A DNA stretch of 61,309 nucleotides from an uncultured bacterium (GCA_964532995.1 CAZHJN010000004.1:1-61309), one strand, 5' to 3'. Shown: positions 8,095-18,909, counted from the first letter of the stretch. A program made the numbers and translations. The notes: generated by a model not told the origin, from the letters alone.

Positions 8095-11000
8095 TTATCT
8101 CAGAACTATAAAATCAAATACATTGATTGGAACTGCAAAAGTTACAATTTTTGTTTTTGAATCCTGACTGAACTTTAATTTTCCGTTTTGAACTGACTCA
8201 ATCGATGTTATCGTTCTTTTTGCATCCACACTGACAGTAATCTGGTTATGCTGAATGCCTGAATAGTTAGAAAGTACTATTCCGATGCCTTTTTCGCTTT
8301 CAAGCAGGTCTGCCTGTATACAATCAGTACTGCACCAGATCGGTCTTTGAACATTACAACCCAGAATAAAGTCAGTAATAATCTTTCTTTCATTTTCTCT
8401 GTATCCGGTTTCAATTTTTCCCGGAATTCTCTCAACAGATATGTTATATGCATGACCCGCATAAGTACCGACATAAAACACCCTGCCTTTTCCTGCTCTG
8501 TGTTCTATTATTGCCGGAGAACCATCTTCCCATTCTCCCAGCACCTTTGTTTTTTCCGGGTTCCTCAATTTAAAGACTATTTTTCTGCCCACGCTTTCAA
8601 TCATTTCATCTGAATCTTTCAGGTGGATTTTCCCGGTCATAAAAGCCGGCTGCACACCATTCTGTGGATTAAGAGACCTTCCTATTGTGCTGTCAACCAC
8701 TGTCAGGTCTTTGATTCCTATAACAGGAAGAAGGATTTCACATTTCTGACCGTATTCATCGCCTGTTGCAGGAATACAATCAACCCACAGATTTCCTCCA
8801 TTATTAACCCAGTTCAATATTGCCTGTTTTGTCGATTTTCTCAGATATTGAGAACTGAGTATTGCAACCTTATAGTTTTTCAAAATTCCCTTTTCAACTT
8901 CAAATTCATCAACAAAATCAACAGGAATCTGTTTGTGCTGAAGAGCAAGATATATAAGTTGATTGTTCCACATGCTGGCATCATCTGTACTCCATACAGG
9001 TTCACTTGCTGACCAGATGATTGCGGTTTCCGGTTTTCTTGCTTTGCCATCAAATATAATATCTTCAACCTTTTCAAGAACCCTTGTAAATTTTGCGATA
9101 CCCGATGTCATATCCTTACTTGCCGACCAGTTATCAGGTGAATAATAAGCAGGACCGTATCTGTAGACATCAATCTTTTTCGCACCTTTTCCAATGACAG
9201 AAGCAAGCTTCAATTGAATATTATCCTCTCCTCCGCCTACCGGCATTACGAACGCTCCAACTTCTGCATTGTTGATTCTTGCACAGCTTCGACTTAAATC
9301 AACAAGATAGGATACCATCTGAATTCCTGCGTTTCTCCATCCTCCTGTATTTAACCAATCTTCATTCCAGAATGCTGTTACACTGTTTTGTCTTGCAAAT
9401 TCCCATATTTCTGCACCTCGCATATACGAACAGTAACCATATGCCCAGGGCGGGCCGAAGTTCACCCTTACGCTTACTCCTGGTAATCTTTTTGTAATCT
9501 CTTCCGCAAGAATGCTGTAAACCTTTGCAGTTGCATAATTCCAGTATCTCAATGTCCAGTAATAGTTTATGCAGGAATCAGCAGCGGTTCTGTCGGTGGG
9601 TCTTGTTTTCCATGAATCTCTCCAGTTCCAGCTTCCATATGTTTTTATTTCCTCCCAGTTATTAACCTTTAAATCAGTCGGTTTCAGACCCTGAGATTTA
9701 AGATAATCCCTGTATCCCTGTTCATATTCTATACCTGCAAAGACCTCGCCAGCTATTTCATCACCAGTATCAATAAATTTAATCAGCTGTAACTGATCAG
9801 GGTCCTGTTTTTTTAAGTTTTCAATGGTTTTTTCTATAAAAGATGAACACTCCTGCTTAATCTTATTTATATCAAAGATATTCTTTTTAGTTACAGGATC
9901 CTTTGGAAGCTGGCCCAGTCTGAAGGTATGATGGGTCTGTTTAATCCCGTATTTTTCTGCAACCTGTCTGTATACACCTGCCAGGCCAGAGTACTGGGTA
10001 TCAAGCGCATTAAACCCAATTGTACGGATTGTATCCACTTCCATTTCCACCATCGTGGGGTCTGAAAAAACATTACCGAATCCTTTAAGATGCGCCTCAA
10101 GATAAAACTTTTTGAGATTTACATCTGGCAATTTTAATAATTTAACAAACGAATTTCTGTTCTGAATGTCAGAATCAAGGAGATTGAAATTCTTCAGAAA
10201 ATCTTCTGGATTGCTTTCGGTTTTTGGTATTATCAGCCCGATGATGTTTCCTGGTGTACCTTTTGTAATACTTTTAATAATGCATTTTTCATCAGGTTGA
10301 TACGCAAAATCAATTATTGCGCTGATGGAATTGAAGATTTCCCCTTTTATGGGTTCAAAATGAAAACCAGAATAAACATTGCCCCTGCCTTTGAACTGTT
10401 CATAATTGCCCAGATTAATCCAGTTACTTTCAATTCCTGATGAAAAAACCTCTTTTGAAGGATAGATTGTAAAGTACCAGTTTGGGGGTCCGTATAAACC
10501 GTGAATTTTCAATTTATACTGTCGGCTCTCTGGTTGAAGCAATTTAACTCTCACATAACCAGAGTATTCTTTCATCTCATACACTCTTAAATCATCAAAA
10601 TATACTGTTCCTTTTCCATTTGCTTCCAATCTTAACTCGCAGTAAGAAGTCTCAGGATCAGGATTTTTTGGTTCACCATAGCCATAAATATGCCTTCCAC
10701 CAACAATTGTCACGCCGGCTGCTGTCCAGTCAGAATTCGGTCCGATCCTGTTGGAATATGGTTCCCCGATTGCTCCATAAACAATCCTGATTGATCCGGT
10801 AATCTCACCATCAGTTTTTATCATTGCCCGCACATAAAATTTTTTCCCCTTCTTAATCTGGAAGGCTTTCGGGATGTATGTTCCGGTTCTTCTGTTAAGT
10901 GTTATTGCAAAAGAATACTGACCTTCATAAGCAATATTTTCAAATGAATACACGATGTCAGGCAATGGTTGTTTTTTTTCTGTTGGCCTGATGTTCCATC

Positions 11001-11124
11001 CTGATGCCTGCTGTTCAAATCCAGGATTGCTGATTGGAAAGATTTCCTGGTTGAATAAGGAAACTTCTGACTGACAGAATAGAAAACCACATAAGTTTGT
11101 CAGCAGAAAGAGGATTTTTTTCAT
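8095..11124 (-). CDS. Secreted multidomain glycoside-hydrolase-like protein (CBM-like domain, TIM barrel, beta-galactosidase trimerisation domain)
   Basis: Signal peptide MKKILFLL... from ATG 11124; NPGFE...VYFDD CBM4/9-like domain; DTGDEI and WNEDW acidic motifs; C-terminal VDFVDE/LKNYKV/WVNNGG/EHRAGKGRVFYVG trimerisation-like domain. Confidence 0.78.
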   Translation of the reverse strand: MKKILFLLTNLCGFLFCQSEVSLFNQEIFPISNPGFEQQASGWNIRPTEKKQPLPDIVYSFENIAYEGQYSFAITLNRRTGTYIPKAFQIKKGKKFYVRAMIKTDGEITGSIRIVYGAIGEPYSNRIGPNSDWTAAGVTIVGGRHIYGYGEPKNPDPETSYCELRLEANGKGTVYFDDLRVYEMKEYSGYVRVKLLQPESRQYKLKIHGLYGPPNWYFTIYPSKEVFSSGIESNWINLGNYEQFKGRGNVYSGFHFEPIKGEIFNSISAIIDFAYQPDEKCIIKSITKGTPGNIIGLIIPKTESNPEDFLKNFNLLDSDIQNRNSFVKLLKLPDVNLKKFYLEAHLKGFGNVFSDPTMVEMEVDTIRTIGFNALDTQYSGLAGVYRQVAEKYGIKQTHHTFRLGQLPKDPVTKKNIFDINKIKQECSSFIEKTIENLKKQDPDQLQLIKFIDTGDEIAGEVFAGIEYEQGYRDYLKSQGLKPTDLKVNNWEEIKTYGSWNWRDSWKTRPTDRTAADSCINYYWTLRYWNYATAKVYSILAEEITKRLPGVSVRVNFGPPWAYGYCSYMRGAEIWEFARQNSVTAFWNEDWLNTGGWRNAGIQMVSYLVDLSRSCARINNAEVGAFVMPVGGGEDNIQLKLASVIGKGAKKIDVYRYGPAYYSPDNWSASKDMTSGIAKFTRVLEKVEDIIFDGKARKPETAIIWSASEPVWSTDDASMWNNQLIYLALQHKQIPVDFVDEFEVEKGILKNYKVAILSSQYLRKSTKQAILNWVNNGGNLWVDCIPATGDEYGQKCEILLPVIGIKDLTVVDSTIGRSLNPQNGVQPAFMTGKIHLKDSDEMIESVGRKIVFKLRNPEKTKVLGEWEDGSPAIIEHRAGKGRVFYVGTYAGHAYNISVERIPGKIETGYRENERKIITDFILGCNVQRPIWCSTDCIQADLLESEKGIGIVLSNYSGIQHNQITVSVDAKRTITSIESVQNGKLKFSQDSKTKIVTFAVPINVFDFIVLR

Positions 11125-11137
11125 TTTTCCCCATATA

Positions 11138-12184
11138 CTAAAAACTGAAAAGTTTTTCAATCCTTTCAAGAGGTATTGTGATAAGTTCTATAATTCTTTT
11201 GTTTCTTGAAAATGCCACAAGAAGATTTCCATTGTATTCAATTGCATGCGGATATTGTAATGTTGCCTGGTTGTCTGTTGGAATATCAATCCTTGCAATT
11301 TTTGTAAAAACTCTGCCATCATGGGATACCGACAGATGCATCTGCTTTCTCAGTATATCCATATTTCTGTTGGCATTTGAAATGAAAACTCTGTATCCTC
11401 TGCTTGTTTTCAGCCCGAAGAATTTGGTTGTTGCATTCGGAAAATTTGTTTTAACCGGTTTTGTCCATGTTTTTCCGTAATCCTGAGAAAAGCACCTGAA
11501 TATCATTCTTTTTCCACTGTTGTCCCTTAGAAGCATGGACATGTTTCCGTCTTCCTGCATCCACCAGAAGGGTTCATCAGGTAGAAAGTTAAACTCATTT
11601 TTCTGCTTCACAACAGGATAGCTTTTCCATTCGTCAAAAGAACTTTCACCTCCGACAAGAGCATAAATGTTCATCAGCACATCCCTTCTTGTCATCATCC
11701 ATTTCCCATCTGGCAATTGCTGGGGTGGAAAATTATTGATAGCATCATCAAAGACCACTCCAATATACTTCCACTTTTTGTAATGCCATTTATAGGCATG
11801 TAATTGGAGTTTTTTCCCTTTTCCAAAAGCTCCAGGTCCGGTAAAATAGGCAGCAAGAGCGATCAGATTACCTTTATAAATCCAGAATCCTCTTGCAATA
11901 TAACCGAACCCCTTTTCTTCTGGTTGAGCGAGGATTTTTGGTTTTTCCCAGTTAATGCCATCCCTGCTTGTGGAATATAGAACTGACTGTCCAACGCGAG
12001 CTTCTTCTTCAGGTCCAAAACTCCACATACACCAGAAAAGGTTTTCATGATACAGAAGATAGTTATGGAGTTGAAATTTCCAATCCGGATGTTCGTCACT
12101 TAAAACAATGTGTCTTGATGGCCTTATGACAGGTAATCTTTCACAATCAAGTTTTTTTACATACTTGCCATCAAGGACGAGCAT
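11138..12184 (-). CDS. BNR/Asp-box repeat exo-sialidase-like protein
   Basis: Asp-boxes STSRDGINW, SQDYGKTW, SVSHDGRVF; DEP, LLRDN and QYP motifs. Start is uncertain (ORF open from 12271). Confidence 0.82.
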   Translation of the reverse strand: MLVLDGKYVKKLDCERLPVIRPSRHIVLSDEHPDWKFQLHNYLLYHENLFWCMWSFGPEEEARVGQSVLYSTSRDGINWEKPKILAQPEEKGFGYIARGFWIYKGNLIALAAYFTGPGAFGKGKKLQLHAYKWHYKKWKYIGVVFDDAINNFPPQQLPDGKWMMTRRDVLMNIYALVGGESSFDEWKSYPVVKQKNEFNFLPDEPFWWMQEDGNMSMLLRDNSGKRMIFRCFSQDYGKTWTKPVKTNFPNATTKFFGLKTSRGYRVFISNANRNMDILRKQMHLSVSHDGRVFTKIARIDIPTDNQATLQYPHAIEYNGNLLVAFSRNKRIIELITIPLERIEKLFSF

Positions 12185-12209
12185 TGTACGTTTGTATTTC
12201 AGGGTCAGC

Positions 12210-12860
12210 TCACAACCAGTTTTGTTTTTTCCAGTACTCATATTCGCCTTTCCATAGTTTTTTTCTCGCAATTATCAAATCTCTGAAATGATTTTTCCCC
12301 TGCTCAATGACTTTAACCTGATTCTTAAAGACTGGTTTTTGCTCAATTGCATTTCTCATCCTTTCACCAATTTTTTGCGCTTCTTTCATTTTCTTTTCAT
12401 CAACAGGTACTCTGGAGGATATACCTGCAACAAATTGAGCACCACAGGTAAACGCATAATGTTTTATGTAATTAACCACCGGTTTATCAAACCCGCTTCC
12501 TGAAGTAACAACAGCAACAATGTATTTTCCAAGAAGTCTTTTGCAATGGATAAAATGACTTGAGCGGTCAAAAAGCGCCTTCATGGATGCGGTTACACAA
12601 TTGATATAGTTTGGGCTTGCAAGAATGATACCGTCCGCAAGTAGCATCCTGTTCATGATGTATTTCACTCCATCTTTTATCGGACAATCCATTATCTTCA
12701 TATGACATCTTTCGCAGTGTTTGCAGAACTTGATTTCACAGTCACAAAGATGTATGACTTCTGAATTTTCCGGGTTGCAGACCCCAAGCACTTCGCTGGC
12801 AAGGGTAAATGTTTGACTCTTGTTTTTTCTTGGACTGGATGAAATCAGAAGCACCCTCAT
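12210..12860 (-). CDS. Iron-sulfur flavoprotein (Isf/WrbA-like flavodoxin family)
   Basis: SSSPRK..SQT FMN phosphate loop; CKHCERC..CPIKD cysteine cluster; ADGIILASPNY; MKALFDR. Confidence 0.9.
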   Translation of the reverse strand: MRVLLISSSPRKNKSQTFTLASEVLGVCNPENSEVIHLCDCEIKFCKHCERCHMKIMDCPIKDGVKYIMNRMLLADGIILASPNYINCVTASMKALFDRSSHFIHCKRLLGKYIVAVVTSGSGFDKPVVNYIKHYAFTCGAQFVAGISSRVPVDEKKMKEAQKIGERMRNAIEQKPVFKNQVKVIEQGKNHFRDLIIARKKLWKGEYEYWKKQNWL

Positions 12861-13996
12861 TTTTTCCTTCCCTTATGAATCCCTGCCCATTGTCTCTTCA
12901 TTTTTTTCATTTCTTCTGTGAGTTTAACCTTAAAGGGTGTGATCTGTTTTTCAGGATCAAAAATCCAATTCCCCTGATGGTCTTTTAAAACTGGCAGTCT
13001 TTTATTAACAGAAGGAACATCCACGACTTTTGTCGGTTCTTTTGCATACCAGTAAGCAACAGATGAAAACTCATTGGCAAGATGGTTTCCATGACCATGT
13101 TCAATTGTAACCCTGATCTCCTTTTGAAACCTGACAGGGTTTTCAACATGAAAGATATATGAGGTCTGGTATCCTCCGGTATCTTCCTCATGGATTGAAG
13201 AACCGTTTCTCAAAAATGCATTTTTCTGCATTCCCCAAGCCTGATTGAAATAATCCTCGCTTCCTGTTCCATGAAGATCTGGAGGCCATTTATATCCATC
13301 AACCCATATCATATCATCACCTTCACCCCACCATGTTCCCTGAAAATTGGTGACGCTTATGTTACATCCAAGATAATGGCCTGTTCCTCTGGTTTCAAGA
13401 ATCACATAATTATTCTTCCATGCAAGTTTTTCTTTATTGACCACATTCGCCTCAGGAGTGTTAACCCTGATTTCATGACCCCATCCACCAAATGGATTTG
13501 CTCTTCTGAATTCTGCGTGCAAATAACCTTCTTCATCATCAATTTTTTCATAGGTCTCATAGTCAATGTAAAAAAACTGTAAGTGGTCTTCATCACTTTC
13601 ATTTATCAGCTCAACAACCGCTCTTTTTCTGAAAGGCATTGGCAGATAACAATTGAGGGCGCATCCTCCTCCAAAACGGTTATTTGCTCTTGTTGAAGCA
13701 GTAAAAAACAATGATTGAAAAGAATTGATTATTCCATGACCGAGACAGAAAAAGTCTCCAAGAGGTACAAGCACTGAAGGATAATCTGCATCATCCCATG
13801 TTATTTTCAAAAGACATTCTCTGTAATGATTCCTTTGCGTCATCCAGATGTGCGTTATTTTCCCCGGTCCTTTGATGTCTGCAAGAACGGTTGATTTTTT
13901 CGCAGGTATAACCCAGCAATCCCTGTTTCTTCCTGTTGTATCCCAGGAAGAAAATCTTGCTGTTTTACCTTTCTTAATCAGCGAAATGTCATGCAT
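12857..13996 (-). CDS. DUF2961 / GH172 family glycosidase
   Basis: Motifs SSWDTTGRNRD, GPGKITHIW, VPLGDFF, NCYLPMPF, WWGEGDD, HGTGSEDYF, IEHGHGN. AAGGAGGG RBS before ATG 13996. Confidence 0.9.
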   Translation of the reverse strand: MHDISLIKKGKTARFSSWDTTGRNRDCWVIPAKKSTVLADIKGPGKITHIWMTQRNHYRECLLKITWDDADYPSVLVPLGDFFCLGHGIINSFQSLFFTASTRANNRFGGGCALNCYLPMPFRKRAVVELINESDEDHLQFFYIDYETYEKIDDEEGYLHAEFRRANPFGGWGHEIRVNTPEANVVNKEKLAWKNNYVILETRGTGHYLGCNISVTNFQGTWWGEGDDMIWVDGYKWPPDLHGTGSEDYFNQAWGMQKNAFLRNGSSIHEEDTGGYQTSYIFHVENPVRFQKEIRVTIEHGHGNHLANEFSSVAYWYAKEPTKVVDVPSVNKRLPVLKDHQGNWIFDPEKQITPFKVKLTEEMKKMKRQWAGIHKGRKK

Positions 13997-14013
13997 TTTT
14001 TCCCTCCTTGAGT

Positions 14014-16632
14014 TCAATAGTCGTATTCCTGAATCTCATTATGCTGATCTTTTATGTTAAATCTGTTTGTGGTGTTACCGGAGATGACTGAAAAGCAACC
14101 AGAAGTGGAACTAATATCAGGATTTGTGATGATCCTTATCTTATAGTCAGAACCAGGACTGATATTTGATGGTATTTTCCAGATGAATGTTCCGGTTTTT
14201 CCATAGCCGATTGACTTTGTTCCAATAAATCCCGCATAATCAGTTCCCCTGAGCAGCTCTATCCTCACTGTTGAACCAGGGTTTCCTTCAAACCGCCATA
14301 CAATATTTCTGGTTTCGCCCTGCCTCCATACATCACCCTGTAAAGGAGAAACGACTGTTATTGAACCTTTTGATATTGTGAAGGGCTCGCTTGTGTCTGT
14401 TAAGAAGGGATCATTCATCGCACTTATCTTTATTCTGTAATCATCTGAAGCAGGCAAATTTGAAGGAATGAACCAGTTATAGGAGCCAGAACCGGTGCTG
14501 CTGTAGAGTTGTGCAATGGAGGCAGAAGTATTACCTCTCAGGTACTCAATCTTGAAAGTTTTTGGTTTGTTTTCTGAACACAACCATGAAATAGTCTGGA
14601 CTGTACTGACATAACAGGTTTCATTTCCCGCAGGTGTTCTCAGTTTAACCGAAGGTCCGGCAATCGAAAATTTTTCTCCTGTTCCATAAACAGAGGGATA
14701 TGCAGTACTGATAACCTTTATTGAATAATCATCGCCTGGCTGAATATTTGAGGGTATTATCCATACATAGGAATTTGTTGAGTTTGTTTTTGATGGAACA
14801 GCAGAGGCTATAAATCCTAAAGACTTTTCTGCCTTCAGTAATTCAATTTTTACATACCCACCAGTCTTTCCGTAAGATTTCCACTGTATTAACTGACGTG
14901 TTCCTTTCGAAAAAATGGTTCCATTAACCGGATTTTCAACTTTGATCATTCCGTTAATAATTGAAAATGTCGAAGAACTTGTATCACTTATAACTGGATT
15001 TGCGATACTTGTGATACGTATTTTATAGTTATCAGACGCCTGTATACTGGCAGGGATTTTCCAGTTATATGAACCATTTCCACTGACACCAACCGGTATT
15101 CCAGAAGCGATTATGTAATTTAATTGACCATTCCTCAGCAATTCCAGTTTCACATTTCCTTTTATATTGCCAGTATATTTCCACAGTATCATTTTTGTGC
15201 TTTCCTGTTCCCATTGTTCTCCGCCGTCCGGCGAAACAATATCAAGTTCAAGAGCAGTTCCATAAACCTTTATACATACATTTGATCCAGGTCTTGATGA
15301 TGTGATATCAGTCCATTCCACACCATCCTTGCTCACAAAACTCTGTCCCGGCACTGCCGTGGCCTTGCTGCTGTAACCGGAAATGGGCACTTCCATCGGT
15401 ATCGGATAGTTGCATCCAGGTGTTTTGAGTCTGACAACAGCTGAAAACTTTTCATTTTTTGAGACCGGCACATCGGTGAAGAGTTTTATTGTATGGTATC
15501 CAGGATCTGAAACATTGCCTGATTTTGTTGTTGCAAGAAGCCCGCTTACAGGTGATTGTTCAGAACAATTTTTATAAATTTTTATCTCATACTGGGAATT
15601 CAATACCGGAGTATAAAAACCGACCGCCTGTATCACCCCGGATTGTAAAGCCGAAAAAATATTGGCAAAGTGTGCTGTATCATTTCCGAAACCAGCTGAT
15701 GTAACCCAGCCAAGAGGGTCGTACTGGTATATCTGATTATAATTGCTGGTCGGCTCTGCATTATTGAAAACAGCACAGTTGTTTCCGATGTTGGTATCAT
15801 AATAAGAGATATAGAAATATCCTGATTCACCCCATAATGTGCCCCAGCTGTTTTTAACAATGAAAGCTCCATCTCCAGGCGGTATACCTGCTGCACTGCC
15901 ATAAAAATTTGTCCTGCTGTAGCTGTCTATCCATCCAACAATCGAGACAGCGTGGTTTGAAAAATTATGTCCGTTGTAATAATAATTCTTTCCTTTTGCC
16001 AGATAAGCATTGTTATAATACATTGTCGTGTATATTGCGCCATACTTCATTATCGCCTGTTTGATTCCGTTATTATCTGTTGAATGTTTCCTGTCAGGAA
16101 TGAAAATTACTTCCTGGACATGTTTTACAGGTTGAAGATTTTCAGGGGAACTGGTTGAACCTGGATTATAAGGATCTTCCAGTTCAGGGACAGGACCTGA
16201 CCATCTCACAAGGTATGCTGTTGACATAAAATGATTGCCACCATCGGATGCCGCTCTATCAAATCCTTCAGCGCAGGATGAGCTCAGGATATTTTTCATG
16301 TGATTTTCTGAAAAATCCCAGTTTCCAGTTCCTGAAAGATAGGATTCCAGTGATGAATATGTTGCAAAAGCCCAGCAGCTACCCGCGCTTCCCTGGTTTT
16401 TTATCGGAGAGACTTTATTGTAAGAACGCAGATCAAAGGATGCGGGGCTTTCGGCATACAGCGCACCTGGAAGAGAAAGCGGTACATCTCCAATGATCGA
16501 TTGCGTTTCTGACTGAAAATTTTTTTGAAACTCTGGATTCAATGGAGCAAATTCAATATTTTCGGATGAAAGCAGTGTGTAAACAAAGAATAATGAAATA
16601 AAAGTGAAGACCTGAAAGGTTTTCTTTAACAT
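14014..16632 (-). CDS. Secreted papain-like (C1A) cysteine protease with lectin-like domain and four Ig-like repeats
   Basis: Signal peptide; NQGSAGSCWAF (oxyanion Gln and catalytic Cys), NHAVSIVGW, IVKNSWG; IYQYDPLGW lectin-like domain; four repeats of about 95 aa. Confidence 0.93.
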   Translation of the reverse strand: MLKKTFQVFTFISLFFVYTLLSSENIEFAPLNPEFQKNFQSETQSIIGDVPLSLPGALYAESPASFDLRSYNKVSPIKNQGSAGSCWAFATYSSLESYLSGTGNWDFSENHMKNILSSSCAEGFDRAASDGGNHFMSTAYLVRWSGPVPELEDPYNPGSTSSPENLQPVKHVQEVIFIPDRKHSTDNNGIKQAIMKYGAIYTTMYYNNAYLAKGKNYYYNGHNFSNHAVSIVGWIDSYSRTNFYGSAAGIPPGDGAFIVKNSWGTLWGESGYFYISYYDTNIGNNCAVFNNAEPTSNYNQIYQYDPLGWVTSAGFGNDTAHFANIFSALQSGVIQAVGFYTPVLNSQYEIKIYKNCSEQSPVSGLLATTKSGNVSDPGYHTIKLFTDVPVSKNEKFSAVVRLKTPGCNYPIPMEVPISGYSSKATAVPGQSFVSKDGVEWTDITSSRPGSNVCIKVYGTALELDIVSPDGGEQWEQESTKMILWKYTGNIKGNVKLELLRNGQLNYIIASGIPVGVSGNGSYNWKIPASIQASDNYKIRITSIANPVISDTSSSTFSIINGMIKVENPVNGTIFSKGTRQLIQWKSYGKTGGYVKIELLKAEKSLGFIASAVPSKTNSTNSYVWIIPSNIQPGDDYSIKVISTAYPSVYGTGEKFSIAGPSVKLRTPAGNETCYVSTVQTISWLCSENKPKTFKIEYLRGNTSASIAQLYSSTGSGSYNWFIPSNLPASDDYRIKISAMNDPFLTDTSEPFTISKGSITVVSPLQGDVWRQGETRNIVWRFEGNPGSTVRIELLRGTDYAGFIGTKSIGYGKTGTFIWKIPSNISPGSDYKIRIITNPDISSTSGCFSVISGNTTNRFNIKDQHNEIQEYDY
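14085..15250 (-). repeat. Four tandem ~95-aa beta-sandwich repeats (SPxGGExW...IxW...VKIELL...SYxWxIP...DYKIRI)
   Basis: Repeat starts: IVSPDGGEQW, VENPVNGTIF, LRTPAGNETC, VVSPLQGDVW. Boundaries are approximate. Confidence 0.85.
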
Positions 16633-16655
16633 ATTAGACCCCTTGTTTTTATATA

Positions 16656-16683
16656 ATTTTCAACAAATTAAGTATACTGTCAA
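16656..16683 (-). promoter_or_regulatory. Putative sigma70 promoter for the protease gene
   Basis: On the minus strand, TTGACA-N16-GAAAAT lies upstream of ATG 16632. Confidence 0.45.
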
Positions 16684-16689
16684 AAGCTT

Positions 16690-17550
16690 TTATAAGGAAA
16701 TCTTCTTATAGATACCGGGTCTTCTGTACCTTGGATGAAAAAGAGCGTCAGATCTCCTTTTTACAAGTGTTTCTGCTTTTAGTGTATGAATAATCATCTG
16801 TTCATCGGTCTGTCCTGGCTCTGTTTCTGCTTCTATCTCACCAAAAGGATTTATTATCATTACAAATGGTGGACCAAAATACTCAACATTTTTTTCTTTG
16901 ATACCACCGCAGGAATTTATTGTAATATGATAAATCCCATTTTGCCACGCAACCGCTCTGAAATTTATAAGTGCAAGTTCCCTCCAGTCTTCATAAGCCT
17001 TTTTTGGATTTGTTCTGATATCATCTGAGCCCCAACTCATATAAAATGGAGCAATTATTACTTCTGCACCGTTGAGATAACTTATCCTTCCTGATTCACA
17101 GAACCAGTTATCAAAACATATATTTACACCGATTCTTGCTTTTTTTGTATTTATAACCGTGAATTCATCACCGCAGCTTTCAATTGTGTATTCAAGTGGA
17201 GGAATATGTGTTTTTGCATATCTTCCCAGCAGCCCCTCATTAGAAACAAAAACATAAGTATTCCTTATGATATCGCCGGCATCCCTTTCTGCAATGCCAA
17301 ATCCTATAGTCATATTAAATTTCTTTGCAATCTCTATCATCTTTTTTGTTGAAGGTCCATTAAATGGTTCAGTGGCTTCAAAAAACTGCCTGTCAAAGCA
17401 AAAACCCGTTACGCTCATCTCAGGGAAAAGGCACCAGTCCACATTTTCCCCTGCCACCTTTTCTATCCAGAAAATATGTCTTTTTATGTTTTCATCCGGT
17501 TCTGCTGGTCTGCTCATCATTGAAATAGCCGCAACTTTAATATCCTGCAT
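16690..17550 (-). CDS. Nitrilase / carbon-nitrogen hydrolase family amidase
   Basis: Glu-Lys-Cys triad motifs LFPEMSVTG, YAKTHIP, GVNICFDNWF. Confidence 0.92.
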   Translation of the reverse strand: MQDIKVAAISMMSRPAEPDENIKRHIFWIEKVAGENVDWCLFPEMSVTGFCFDRQFFEATEPFNGPSTKKMIEIAKKFNMTIGFGIAERDAGDIIRNTYVFVSNEGLLGRYAKTHIPPLEYTIESCGDEFTVINTKKARIGVNICFDNWFCESGRISYLNGAEVIIAPFYMSWGSDDIRTNPKKAYEDWRELALINFRAVAWQNGIYHITINSCGGIKEKNVEYFGPPFVMIINPFGEIEAETEPGQTDEQMIIHTLKAETLVKRRSDALFHPRYRRPGIYKKISL

Positions 17551-17561
17551 TATTACCCTCC

Positions 17562-18863
17562 TTATTTAACTTTTTCTCCTCTGACGAAAACAGAATCAAT
17601 CTTCAGAGTGTAATTTCCATCTCTTCCTTTTATTTCTCCTATCACAAGGTCTGCAAATCTTCCATTTTTTATTTCACCTGTATTCAAATCATCGCCATTG
17701 TTCTTTTTTATCATTCTCACAATATTTGTCGAACAGCAATCAGCCGTTATGCAGAGGGCTTTTTCAAAAGGTATGGCAGATAATTTTTCATGCCAGATTC
17801 CCTGCATGGGTTTTGTCAGATATGAAAGAAGGTTTGAAAATACTTTATCAATTGTGACAACGCTTCCATACAGTGTGGTCGGACCTTTTTCCGTCACATA
17901 TACATACCTGTAACTTTTATCAACTGTACCCTTTATTCCATCACTTTCAAATTCGGTAACACCTTTTGACTGACTTACAAAAACAGCATCAGTGATTGCC
18001 ATGATATCTGACGGTTTTTTTCTTGCCATAACCTCCCTTATGTACCAGGGTGCAACATGATAACCATCAACAATAAGCTCAAGCATTATATCAAGTGTCA
18101 GGGCTGCTTCTAATGCACCACCTCCAAAGAAACTCTTATAAATATTTCCTGTGGGTCCATTTAAGAAGTGAATAAAATATTTAAGTCCGGCATCAATTAC
18201 CTCTTTGAACTGCTCGCATGTTGCAGAGGTATGTCCGGCACCAACAGATATCCCTTCTGAAACAAGATACTCGGTTAGTTTTATGGCTTTTTCTCCGTGA
18301 TCCGGTGGTACATTAACAAGTCTTGCCAGTCCTGTTTCGTTAATATCATCAAAGATTGTTTTATCGGGTTCAAAAGCATATTTGGGATTCATTGCTCCCT
18401 GATTGGCAGGATTTATAAAAGTTCCTTCAATCATGGCTCCTTTATAAAATTTTCCAAGCCAGCTGTTTCTGTTGTTTTTGATAAATTTTTCAAGCTCCCG
18501 CAGACAGAATTTTATTTTTTCAAGTGGCATGGCTGACGTTGCAGCATAAAGAGATGTCGCACCTGTTTTTACTCGCAGTTTTGCCCATTTTTCAAGATCT
18601 TCCTGATATATTTCACTTGAAGATTCAAAAATGTTTTTTTCAGGATTGTACCTGCCTGCGTAGAAAGAAAACAAACCAGCACCATGCGTATGTAATTCAA
18701 TAAATCCAGGAAATACATACTTTCCATTGAGATGGGTGATTTTCTCATCAGTTGGTTTTTTCTTTCCGGATTTTTCAAGATATAATTTTTCACCCCTGAT
18801 TACGATGTCAATCCCTTTTTTCAAGCCATTTTTTGTGCATATGATTCCGCCTGTCAGTCTCAT
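17562..18863 (-). CDS. NagA-like N-acetyl-aminosugar(-phosphate) deacetylase (amidohydrolase)
   Basis: Motifs PGFIELHTHGAG, IEGTFINP..QGA, GAGHTSAT, IHFLNG, IVDGYHV, ITDA. Divergent from canonical NagA. Confidence 0.82.
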   Translation of the reverse strand: MRLTGGIICTKNGLKKGIDIVIRGEKLYLEKSGKKKPTDEKITHLNGKYVFPGFIELHTHGAGLFSFYAGRYNPEKNIFESSSEIYQEDLEKWAKLRVKTGATSLYAATSAMPLEKIKFCLRELEKFIKNNRNSWLGKFYKGAMIEGTFINPANQGAMNPKYAFEPDKTIFDDINETGLARLVNVPPDHGEKAIKLTEYLVSEGISVGAGHTSATCEQFKEVIDAGLKYFIHFLNGPTGNIYKSFFGGGALEAALTLDIMLELIVDGYHVAPWYIREVMARKKPSDIMAITDAVFVSQSKGVTEFESDGIKGTVDKSYRYVYVTEKGPTTLYGSVVTIDKVFSNLLSYLTKPMQGIWHEKLSAIPFEKALCITADCCSTNIVRMIKKNNGDDLNTGEIKNGRFADLVIGEIKGRDGNYTLKIDSVFVRGEKVK

Positions 18864-18909
18864 TTTTCCTCCTTCTGCAAATTTTTCCTGTAAAAGAGCA
18901 AAAAATTCC

